Below, in pieces: positions 26,880 to 36,812 of a stretch of 61,425 bases of DNA. Source of the stretch: Octopus bimaculoides (lineage: Eukaryota); assembly GCF_001194135.2 (NCBI RefSeq), contig NC_069009.1, forward strand, positions 10,240,530 through 10,301,954, read 5' to 3'. Within the stretch, counting starts at the first letter, position 1. Every line of letters begins with the position of its first letter. A model generated the notes under the pieces. It worked only from the letters and a program-made list of their open reading frames with translations, had not been told where the DNA came from and searched no databases. The position numbers and the translations under genes are program-made.

Positions 26880-28480
26880 AACTCTAAGGCCTTTTGATAT
26901 TTAGGCTGCGAGAATGAGGTCATCAGTATAGAGGAGCTACCAGGGGCAGCCCATCTTAAATTCCTCTATTATTGCCTGGAGGTCTATGATGAACAAGAGA
27001 GGGCTGAAGACTGATCCTTGACGAACCCCTACTTGTACCCTGAATTCATCGCTATACTTGTTGTCAAGCTTCACCTTACTGACAGCATATCTGTACATGG
27101 CTTGCATAGCTCTCACCAACCACTCGTCTGTCCCTAATTTCTGCACTGAACAACAGATAAGGGATTGGGGGACCCTGTCAAAGGCTTTCTCCATGTCAAC
27201 AAAAACCAAGTACAAAGGTTTATTTTTGGCTTCCTACTTCAGCAGCTGCCTTGCCAGAAATATAGCATCAGTGGTGCTTCTCCCAGGTACAAAACCAACC
27301 TACATCTCATCTAGACTAACTCACGTCCTAATTAGTTGGGTTATGACCCTCTTTGTAACTTTAATTACCTGATCTAACAGTTTGATACCTCTGTAATTAT
27401 TTCAGCCCAACGCATCACGTTTACCTTTGTAGCAGTTGACTATGATGCTGCTACACCAGTCACTGGGTATGGTTCCCTCGTGTAAAACCTGATTTACTAT
27501 ATGGGTACCTAGACCATACCCAACACTGCCAGATTTTTTAAGCATCTCAGCAGTGATTCTTAATGGCCAGTTGCAAGTGAGCCATCATCCATGTGAACAC
27601 ATTTCTCTCCAACAGCATCACAATTTTCCCTGTCACCCTGTCTTACAAACCAAAACACATTAAGTCTCTGGTCCTCACATTGCAAGACATTGGCAAACTT
27701 CTTCCTTTCTGCTTCACTCATGGCTAAGTATACCTGCTTCATAGCTTCCTTTCTAACTGCCTGATATAACTCCTTCCTGTCCTTCCAAGCCCTTTTGTTT
27801 ACTCTCATGTCCCTATCAATTACGCTTTTCCACCACCACATCACCCTAGGTCTTGCTGGGACATTGCACCAGCCACAAATTTGGCCCAAGGCTCTCACCA
27901 AGTTGTCCCATTGGAACTTCCATTTATCATCTATGCTGCAAGTCTTTAAATCCTCCTTCTCATTATATACTTCATTTAGGACATCACTAAATCTCTGATT
28001 AATTGAAGGATCCTTCAGCTTCCATACGCTTCTTTTCCAAATTGGTTTACTTCTTGGAATGCTTCAAGCCAGTAGCTTAAACTCCCCAATGAGTAATCTA
28101 TGTTGTGGGATACATTCTTCTCCACTGAAGGCCTTTGCATTTATGAGCAACCACGAATCCTGCTTTCTGGTGAGAATGTAGTCAGTCTGGCTAGCATGTT
28201 CCCCAGATTTATAGGTTATCAAGTGATTGGCTAGCTTCCTGAATCAAGTGTTGCGGTCATTAGGTCATTTCCATCTCAGAACTCCAGTAGTCCTGCACCC
28301 TCCTCATTTCAGGAACCAATTCTGTGTCCCACCATGTACCCCATGGAAGATACCTGGGTGCTGCCCAATATATCCATTGAAATCACCAGCCATGAAGGTC
28401 ATGGTCAGTTATCTTTGAAGTGGACAGCAGAAGAGTGTCATAGAAGTAGCCCTTCAGTTCATTTGGCATTCCTTGTGTGT
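26880..28480 (-). mobile_element. RTE LINE, APE-to-RT region (degenerate)
   Basis: MAGDFNGYIG (APE), and VFVDMEKAFDRVP...GVRQGSVFSPLLF followed by ELLY (RT). Confidence 0.9.
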
Positions 28481-29084
28481 GTGTGTGTGGGGGGGGGTAG
28501 GTAGGGAGAGAGGACAAGGGAAGTTAATTCATTATGTATTGATGGTAATGGATTAACGAAGCAATAGGGACTGAGTACAGCATGCCCTCATTTAGCTTTG
28601 TTTCNNNNNNNNNNNNNNNNNNNNNNNNNNNNNNNNNNNNNNNNNNNNNNNNNNNNNNNNNNNNNNNNNNNNNNNNNNNNNNNNNNNNNNNNNNNNNNNN
28701 NNNNNNNNNNNNNNNNNNNNNNNNNNNNNNNNNNNNNNNNNNNNNNNNNNNNNNNNNNNNNNNNNNNNNNNNNNNNNNNNNNNNNNNNNNNNNNNNNNNN
28801 NNNNNNNNNNNNNNNNNNNNNNNNNNNNNNNNNNNNNNNNNNNNNNNNNNNNNNNNNNNNNNNNNNNNNNNNNNNNNNNNNNNNNNNNNNNNNNNNNNNN
28901 NNNNNNNNNNNNNNNNNNNNNNNNNNNNNNNNNNNNNNNNNNNNNNNNNNNNNNNNNNNNNNNNNNNNNNNNNNNNNNNNNNNNNNNNNNNNNNNNNNNN
29001 NNNNNNNNNNNNNNNNNNNNNNNNNNNNNNNNNNNNNNNNNNNNNNNGACAGACAGACCTTAAAAGGTGATGATGATCATTATT

Positions 29085-29358
29085 AACATTTGACGGATAT
29101 TTGTCCTCATTTTATTTGTTGTTAACACAATATTTCAGCTGATTTACCCTCCAGCCTTCATCAGGTGTCTTGGGGAAATTTCGAATAGGGTTCTCATTCC
29201 TAACATATTTTTCGAAGTTATCATCATCATTATTATTATTATAGTTATTATTATTATTATTCAGGTCACTGCCTGGAATCGAACTCGGAATCTTGGTGTT
29301 AGTAGCCCGCGCTCTTAACCACTACATCATATACCTGTGGGCATATGGAGTAGTGGTT
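29085..29358 (-). mobile_element. Composite SINE-like element: tRNA-like Pol III head, (AAT/GAT)n, hammerhead-bearing Penelope-type tail
   Basis: Head at 29340-29262 with a degenerate A-box-like segment and B box GTTCGATTCC; microsatellite 29260-29221; tail containing CTGATGA...GAAA. Confidence 0.65.
29124..29169 (-). ncRNA. Minimal type I hammerhead ribozyme-like motif
   Basis: Minus strand GACAC-CUGAUGA-A-GGCUG(GAGGGUAAAU)CAGCU-GAAA-UA-UU-GUGUU. Stem I GACAC/GUGUU, stem II GGCUG/CAGCU, loop-less palindromic stem III AUAU. Confidence 0.7.
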
Positions 29359-29644
29359 GATGATATATATAATCTGATATATATGGGTTGAATTCATAAT
29401 GACCTTGTTTTGTCTGACCATTAAAGATAGTACTGTCAGCAGTGGTGGTCAGTTGGACTGTCACCACTACTACTACTATCAACATCGTCATCACCACCAT
29501 AATTATTCTTTACGGACCCAAGACCTGCCATTTAAAGGTTGCTGCAGTACAGTTGATTAAACCTATCCCCAGAATTTCACTGGTATTTTGATGATATTAA
29601 TATTGAATATTAGAGAGAGACGATATAATATGTATTTAACTAAC

Positions 29645-29681
29645 CTGGGACAGCATCAAAGTCACCACATCATAGCATTGC
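29645..29681 (-). CDS. Exon B (37-nt micro-exon) completing an ankyrin repeat
   Basis: tttttttgtctttcctctttgtataactttcag|G CAA TGC TAT GAT GTG GTG ACT TTG ATG CTG TCC CAG|gttagt. Phase 2 to 0 bridges exons A and C exactly (E-QCYDVVTLMLSQ). Confidence 0.85.
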
Positions 29682-29811
29682 CTGAAAGTTATACAAAGAG
29701 GAAAGACAAAAAAATTATTATTATTAGATTAATGAAAACAAATGTAATTAGGTCATTATAATCTAATTACATCAATAATTACATATACACAAATACACAT
29801 TGTACATGTGT

Positions 29812-29858
<47 letters not shown>

Positions 29859-29888
29859 GCTAAACTGGCAATATGACCATCCCCAAGT

Positions 29889-29920
<32 letters not shown>

Positions 29921-30254
29921 GAGTGAAGGAATGGAGTAGATAAAATCTGGGCTACATATGTTTCATAGCAAGTGGAACATCGGAACTGGTAAATATCCAA
30001 ACAAGGTGTATATCACAAGTTACTCTTCAGACCAAGGGTGTCTTAATTAAATGAAGTTAACACTGTCAATACGAGGCTCATTTTAACACAGAGAAGATGC
30101 GATAAGGAAAGAATCAACAACCTTGCACCCTAATAAACCCCTTATGTTCCTGAAAATTGTTTCTTACACTTTCTATGGATTGGTTGAAGCTCACCTTCCT
30201 ACACCTCAATCCCTGGATCCTACATTTATACATAAACGATGATGATGATGATGA

Positions 30255-31146
30255 TGAAGGTGGGGACCCAAAACAACCCAGAATTTTGCAATATATTTTC
30301 TTTGCTTACTTTTACATATTAACACTATTATCACCGTCAAAGTATTCTCCATTTGAAGCAATGCATCGACCCAGACATGTTTTCCACTATTTGTAGCAGT
30401 GCTGCTTTTTGAAGCCTCCATCATATTTTTCCTTGCCTCTGCCACATCTGCAAATTCTGTAGCACCAGCTTTTGTCACTATTGATGACCTTTGATAAAAG
30501 ATACGGATTGACTTCCAGCTTGTTCTTTCAGTTCACCAAATGCATTCAACCATGACTGCTTTTGATCTTCTGTGAGCAAGTGAGGCATAAATTTTGCTGC
30601 AACACTTTTCATTTGCTATTCCTTGCTCAAAATTCCTTGACAGGAGTTCCAGGACTCACCAATCATATCAACAAGTTCGTCAATTGTTCGGTGACAGTCT
30701 TCCAAAATCAGTTCATGAATTTTCATGATGTTTTCATTTATTTGGGAGCTCGATGGCTGCCCTGAATGAGGTTCGTCCTCAATCGACAAGTGACCATTCG
30801 AAAAGCATGGAAACCACTCGTGAACTTGTGTTTTGCTCATGGCAGTGTCCTTCCAAGTTGTTTGAAGCACGACAACTGTTTCGGCTGCTGTTTTCTCCAG
30901 CAGAAAACAGAATTTCATGGAAGCATGCTGTTCCTTCATTTCAGCCATTGCAAAAATCGATGAACAGGGGAGGAGCCCTGCAAAACAAAGATGCACCACA
31001 TGGTAATAGGACCACACCCAAAGTTGCCGGTTGGCAGACTGATGCCTGAGTATCACATCAAGTGGCTTCTAGCAGCAGAAGCCTAAACTTCAATGGCTTT
31101 GCCCCACAGAGAACGTTTCCGGTTACTTTTGGGTACCCCCGCGTAT
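30255..31146 (-). mobile_element. Internally deleted mariner with degenerate TIRs
   Basis: MKFCFLLEKTAAET...EDEPHSGQPS, VINSDKSWCY (ITGDESW-like) close to RCIASNGEYFDGD. TIR-like ends GGGGACCCAAAACAACCCAGAA and GGGGTACCCAAAAGTAACCGGAA. Confidence 0.85.
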
Positions 31147-31269
31147 ATTCGACATGCTCTCTACATTATAGACCAACGATATATATACACACCTGAGTAA
31201 ACACAGCAATCTATATATGGTACGATGAACAACTATAGCCATGACATTTAGGATGGAGAGAAGCGTTAA

Positions 31270-31570
31270 TGTGGATTATAAAGACCCCAGTACATGACTG
31301 GTATTGTATTTAATCAGCCTTGCAAAGATGGAAGGACAAGGTGACCTTGGCAGGATTTGAACTCAGAACATAAAGAGTGGTAAATAAATACCACAAGGTA
31401 TTTTGCCAAACAGTAATCAGATACAACAACAGGAGAAAAGAGGGGGGCGCAATTTATTAAATAAACCCCTGGATATTACTGGTACAGATTTTGACCCCAG
31501 ATTGTTAATAGATACTCTGGGAGGATTTGAACTTGGAACATAAACAGATCAAACTAAACACTGTAAGGGA
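31270..31570 (-). mobile_element. Two adjacent degenerate tRNA-derived SINE copies
   Basis: ggatttgaactcagaacataaa and ggatttgaacttggaacataaa, each with gacccc/actggta upstream, as in the 61143 family. Confidence 0.6.
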
Positions 31571-31916
31571 ATGATTCTGCATTTAGCCCAGGGTCAGAGG
31601 AAAGAGGAAAATTAAAAGAGAGGGAGGTGAGGTGTTTTACATGGAAAGAAAGAAAGAAAAGAGAGGATTTGAACTTGAAACGTTGACGTAACGAAGGATG
31701 AGATGAAATAAAGAATCTAGTCAGGTAACAACAACAACAATTATAATTATGATGATTAATTAATGAAGTTAGATTACAGTGTCATTAGAGTGTGAGAGAG
31801 AGAGAGAGAGTTAAAGCATGACGACCCATGGTGGGATTATGACATGAACGACTCAAAACAAGAAAACAAACATTACTGAAACAGATTTGGATAATCCATA
31901 TCCATTGGGGACTTAC

Positions 31917-34783
31917 TCTTGAACTGCCAGGTGTAAAGGTGTGTTACCGCGTTCGTCCATTTTATTGGCATCGATGCCATTCTGTTGTAGGAGAGGTTTT
32001 ATAGTGTCTGTTTGTCCATTAAAAGAGGCATGATGTAGAGGTGTCCAACCACGGATGCTCACAGCACTGACATCAGTGCCATGTTGTTGTAGGAGAAGTT
32101 GAATACTGCCTGTGTGTCCGTTCTGACAGGCAAGATGTAGTGGTGTCCAACTATGGATGGTCACAGCCCTGACATCAGTGCCATTCTGTTGTAGTAGAAG
32201 TTTTATAGTGTCTGTGTGTCCCTTATAAGAGGCAAGATGTAGAGGTGTCCAACCATCGATGGTCACAGCCCTGACATCAGTGCCATTTTGTTGTAGGAGA
32301 AGTTGAATAGTGTCTGTGTGTCCATTCTGAGAGGCAAGATGTAGAGGTGTCCAACCATCGTTGGTCACAGCCCTGACATCAGTGCCATTTTGTTGTAGGA
32401 GAAGTTGAATACTGTCTGTGTGTCCATGCTGAGAGGCAAGATGTAGAGGTGTCCAACTATGGATGCTCACAGCACTGACATCAGTGCCATTCTGTTGTAG
32501 TAGAAGTTTTATAGTGTCTGTGTGTCCGTTATAAGAGGCAAGATGTAGAGGTGTCCAACCATCGATGGTCACAGCCCTGACATCAGTGCCATTTTGTTGT
32601 AGGAGAAGTTGAATAGTGTCTGTGTGTCCATAATAAGAGGCAAGATGTAGAGGTGTCCAACCACAGTTGTTCACAGCCCTGACATCAGTGCCATTTTGTT
32701 GTAGGAGAAGTTGAATAGTGTCTGTGTGTCCATTCTGAGAGGCAAGATGTAGAGGTGTCCAACCATCGTTGGTCACAGCCCTGACATCAGTGCCATTTTG
32801 TTGTACGAGAAGTTGAATAGTGTCTGTTTGTCCATTCTGAGAGGCAAGATGTAGAGGTGTCCAACCATCGTTGGTCACAGTCCTGACATCAGTGACATTT
32901 TGTTGTAGGAAAAGTTGAATAGTGCCTGTGTGTCCATTCCGAGAGGCAAGATGTAGAGGTGTCAAACCTGTGTTGGTCACAGCCCTGACATCAGTCCCAT
33001 TTTGTTGTAGGAGAAGTTGAATAGTGTCTGTGTGTCCATTCTGAGAGGCAAGATGTAGAGGTGTCCAACCACCGTTGGTCACAGTCCTGACATCAGTGCC
33101 ATTTTGTTGTAGGAGAAGTTGAATAGTGTCTATGTGTCCATTCTGAGAGGCAAGATGTAGAGGTGTCGAACCACGGTTGTTCACAGCCCTGACGTCAGTG
33201 CCATTTTGTAGTAGGAGAAGTTTAATTGTGTCTCTGTGTCCATTATAAGAGGCAAGATGTAGAGGTGTCCAACCATCGTTGTTCACAGCACTGACATCAG
33301 TGCCATTTTGTTGTAGGAGAAGTTGAATAGTGTCTGTGTGTCCATTCTGAGAGGCAAAATCTAGAGGTGTCGAACCACGGTTGTTCACAGCCCTGACATC
33401 AGTGCCATTTTGTTGTAGGAGAAGTTCAATTGTATCTGTGTGTCCATTCTGAGTGGCAAGATGTAGAGGTGTCCAACCATCGTTGGTCACAGCCCTGACA
33501 TCAGTGCCATTTTGTTGTAGGAGAAGTTTTATAGTGTCTGTGTGTCCATTCCGAGAGGAAAGATGTAGCGGTGTCAAACCTGTGTTGGTCACAGCCCTGA
33601 CATCAGTGCCATTTTGTTGTAGGAGAAGTTGAATAGTGTCTCTGTGTCCATTCTGAGAGGCAAGATGTAGAGGTGTCCAACCATCGTTGGTCACAGCCCT
33701 GATATCAGTGCCATTTTGTTGTAGTAGAAGTTGAATAGTGTCTGTGTGTCAATTCTGAGAGGCAAGATGTAGAGGTGTCCAACCACCGTTGGTCACAGCC
33801 CTGACATCAGTGCCATTTTGTTGTAGGAGAAGTTGAATAGTGTCTGTGTGTCCATGAAAAGAGGCAACATGTAGAGGTGTCCAACCATCGTTGGTCACAG
33901 CACTGACATCAGTGCCATTTTGTTGTAGGAGAAGTTGAATAGTGTCTGTGTGTCCATTCTGAGAGGCAAGATGTAGAGGTGTCGAACCACGGTTGTTCAC
34001 AGCCCTGACACCAGTGCCATTTTGTTGTAGGAGAAGTTGAATAGTGTCTGTGTGTCCATTCCGAGAGGCAAGATGTAGAGGTGTCGAACCACGGTTGTTC
34101 ACAGCCCTGACATCAGTGCCATTTTGCTGTAGGAGAAGTTCAATTGTGTCTGTGTGTCCATTCTGAGAGGCAAGATGTAGAGGTGTCCAACCATCGTTGG
34201 TCACAGCCCTGACATCAGTGCCATTTTGTTGTACGAGAAGTTGAATAGTGTCTGTGTGTCCATTATAAGAGGCAAGATGTAGAGGTGTCCAACCATCGTT
34301 GGTCACAGCACTGACATCAGTGCCATGTTGTTGTAGGAGAAGTTGAATAGTGTCTCTGTGTCCATTATAAGAGGCAAGATGTAGAGGTGTCGAACCACGG
34401 TTGTTCACAGCCCTGACATCAGTGCCATTTTGTTGTAGGAGAAGTTTTATAGTGTCTGTGTGTCCATTCTGAGAGGNNNNNNNNNNATTTTGTTGTAGGA
34501 GAAGTTTTATAGTGTCTGTGTGTCCATTCTGAGAGGCAGGATGTAGAGGTGTCCAACCATCGTTGGTCACAGCCCTGACATCAGTGCCATTTTGTTGTAG
34601 GAGAAGATGAATAGTGTCTGTGTGTCCATTATAAGAGGCAAGATGTAGAGGTGTCGAACCACGGTTGTTCACAGCCCTGACATCAGTGCCATTTTGTTGT
34701 AGGAGAAGTTTTATAGTGTCTGTGCGTCCATGGATAGAGGCAACATGTAGAGGTGTGCAACCTTGGTTATTTTTCTGAGTGAC
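31917..34783 (-). CDS. Exon A: ankyrin tandem-array exon, containing one in-frame TGA and a 10-N gap
   Basis: Acceptor tttatcttttttag|GTC ACT CAG (VTQKNNQGCTPLHVAS), donor CAA GA|gtaagt. The two supplied ORFs (33749..34672 and 31913..33694) are in the same frame and separated only by a TGA. Confidence 0.85.
31958..34771 (-). repeat. Coding tandem repeat: 27 x 102 bp (34-aa ankyrin units)
   Basis: Period 102 (ggcaag at 32231 and 32333). Consensus TNDGWTPLHLASQNGHTDTIQLLLQQNGTDVRAV. Length 2,814 = 27x102 + 60 nt of gap overlap. Confidence 0.95.
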
Positions 34784-34971
34784 CTAAAAAAGATAAACAA
34801 TAAAGACATTTAAGATGGCGTCTAGTGAATGGGAGGGGGAGGGCGGCAACGCAAAAATGAAAAATGTCTGAAAAAGAGAAAGAATCAGATTAATAAACAG
34901 GTGGAATGAAGGTGGAGTGGAGTAATTAAATGAGGTTTATATCGTATCTATACCTGCAGACGCATTATATA

Positions 34972-35012
<41 letters not shown>

Positions 35013-35401
35013 TTTCACACAAATATATATACATACGTGCTTTATATTTTAACTGATCACTTGTTTATGTATTTTTGTGTATATATACGTTTATGTGTGT
35101 GTATATTTGTGTATGTATGTATAGGTCTCATTATCATNNNNNNNNNNNNNNNNNNNNNNNNNNNNNNNNNNNNNNNNNNNNNNNNNNNNNNNNNNNNNNN
35201 NNNNNNNNNNNNNNNNNNNNNNNNNNNNNNNNNNNNNAGTAAGTGCAATTTGATCTTTCTTATTCCTGCCACCACCACAACCAGGGTCAATATGTCATAA
35301 TGGGGCTAATCACAAACACCACTTCTACCAACACAACCGTTGTCAAAACGTCGCTTTTAGGACAAGATAAACATCATAATAAAGAGCAACTCCTTTATCA
35401 T

Positions 35402-35446
<45 letters not shown>

Positions 35447-35584
35447 TATCTGTATGTAACTATGTATGTATGTATGTACGTATGTGAGCATGTATATACG
35501 TTTATATGTATGTATATATGTTTATATGTATGTATGTATACACAAACATACAGGTATATAGATACATACATAAAGAGACAGAGG

Positions 35585-35900
35585 AAGCCTGGCTTGGTAG
35601 ATAAGGCATTAGACTACGACCGTAGGATGGTGTGTTCGATTCCCAGCGGTGCATTTTGCTCTTGAGCAAGACATTCTATTTCATGTTGCCCCAGTCCAGC
35701 CAGCTGGCAAAGTCAGTTGTGTCTGTATTTCCAAGGGTCCAGCCTTGCCACATTCTGTGTCATGCTGGATCGCCCTGATAACTATGTTCAGGTTACGCGT
35801 GCCTGCGCAGTGCTCACCCATGTGGTGTGCGTTAGTTTCACGAGCAGTCTCTTCCGTTGATCGAATCAACTGGAACTCTCTTCATCGTGACCGATCAGAC
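35585..35900 (+). mobile_element. tRNA-derived SINE
   Basis: tggcttggtag...gttcgattccc head followed by cttgagcaagacatt core; same core at 54640-54802. Confidence 0.75.
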
Positions 35901-35924
35901 AGAAAGACAGACAGAGGGAAGAGA

Positions 35925-35969
<45 letters not shown>

Positions 35970-36740
35970 NNNNNNNNNNNNNNNNNNNNNNNNNNNNNNN
36001 NNNNNNNNNNNNNNNNNNNNNNNNNNNNNNNNNNNNNNNNNNNNNNNNNNNNNNNNNNNNNNNNNNNNNNNNNNNNNNNNNNNNNNNNNNNNNNNNNNNN
36101 NNNNNNNNNNNNNNNNNNNNNNNNNNNNNNNNNNNNNNNNNNNNNNNNNNNNNNNNNNNNNNNNNNNNNNNNNNNNNNNNNNNNNNNNNNNNNNNNNNNN
36201 NNNNNNNNNNNNNNNNNNNNNNNNNNNNNNNNNNNNNNNNNNNNNNNNNNNNNNNNNTTTTACCTTGAAAATTAATATTTTATATAATTTTTCTCATTGT
36301 GTTTCCAGGTTCAAGTTCTGGTAATGGAACAGCAGAAACGAACTCATAAATAAAAATGTAAAAAGAAATGTATGTGAATTGAAAGAAAAACATTGATTAG
36401 AATAATGACGAGGATCATCCACAACATATATCACCTATTTTGGATTATATGAATTGACATATTAAGGTTATATAAAGACTTGGAAATTAACATTCCCCTT
36501 AACCGTCAAAGCATGAATGTATCAACTGAAAGTCATCACACAAATTTATATAAAGTAGCCAAAGCCTAAAGGAAATTCCGCAGATTTCGCTACTGAACAT
36601 AATTAAATATATTACAATGCATCTCAACGCTTCTAAAAAAGAACAAACTTTGTTTACTTTCTTCGTAAAGTTGAATTTAACGTTAGCGTCTTATGAAGTT
36701 AAATTTATAAGTTCTAAAATTGCAGAAGAATTCGTTGCTG

Positions 36741-36812
36741 ATCAGTTTAGTTTAATGGTAAAACACTTGACGCGTAATCAAAAAGATGTGATTTCGAGTC
36801 TCATGGCTGGCC
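36741..36812 (+). pseudogene. Degenerate tRNA-Thr(CGT)-like sequence
   Basis: Cloverleaf ATCAGTT-TA-GTTT(AATGGTA)AAAC-A-CTTGA(CGCGTAA)TCAAA-AAGAT-GTGAT(TTCGAGT)CTCAT-GGCTGGC-C. Several stem mismatches, G33 and T53; T5 run at 36822-36826. Confidence 0.6.

Larger units (their letters stand above)
3238..34783 (-). other. Multi-exon gene model (5'-incomplete): MIB-derived ankyrin-repeat / RING-HC / tandem beta-propeller protein, exons A-F
   Basis: Six exons joined by canonical AG/GT sites with matching phases (0-2, 2-0, 0-0, 0-2, 2-1, 1-stop). Junctions read LHLAVQ-E-QCYDVVTLMLSQ-DSVKLDIEN, ILDE-YCAKL, LFPP-Q-CMLC and SRV-D-EPSS. Total 8,274 nt, or 8,214 nt after removing the gap overlap; both are multiples of 3. 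Confidence 0.8.

Noticed and set aside
30206-30478. Minus-strand ORF as the missing exon between A and C
   Set aside because: Other frames give mariner motifs (VINSDKSWCY, RCIASNGEYFDGD); the better bridge is the 37-nt exon at 29681-29645.
33695-33760. Frameshift between the two ankyrin ORFs
   Set aside because: Both ORFs are in the same frame (54 nt apart); the break is a point nonsense change.
34427-34536. Apparent aberrant, longer ankyrin unit
   Set aside because: An identical 50-nt sequence flanks a 10-N gap, which is a contig-overlap artefact. Removing 60 nt restores the 102-bp period.
31958-34771. Regular 102-bp repeat as a CRISPR-like or non-coding satellite
   Set aside because: No unique spacers; the unit is 34 codons, open on the minus strand and encodes canonical TPLH ankyrin repeats bounded by splice sites.
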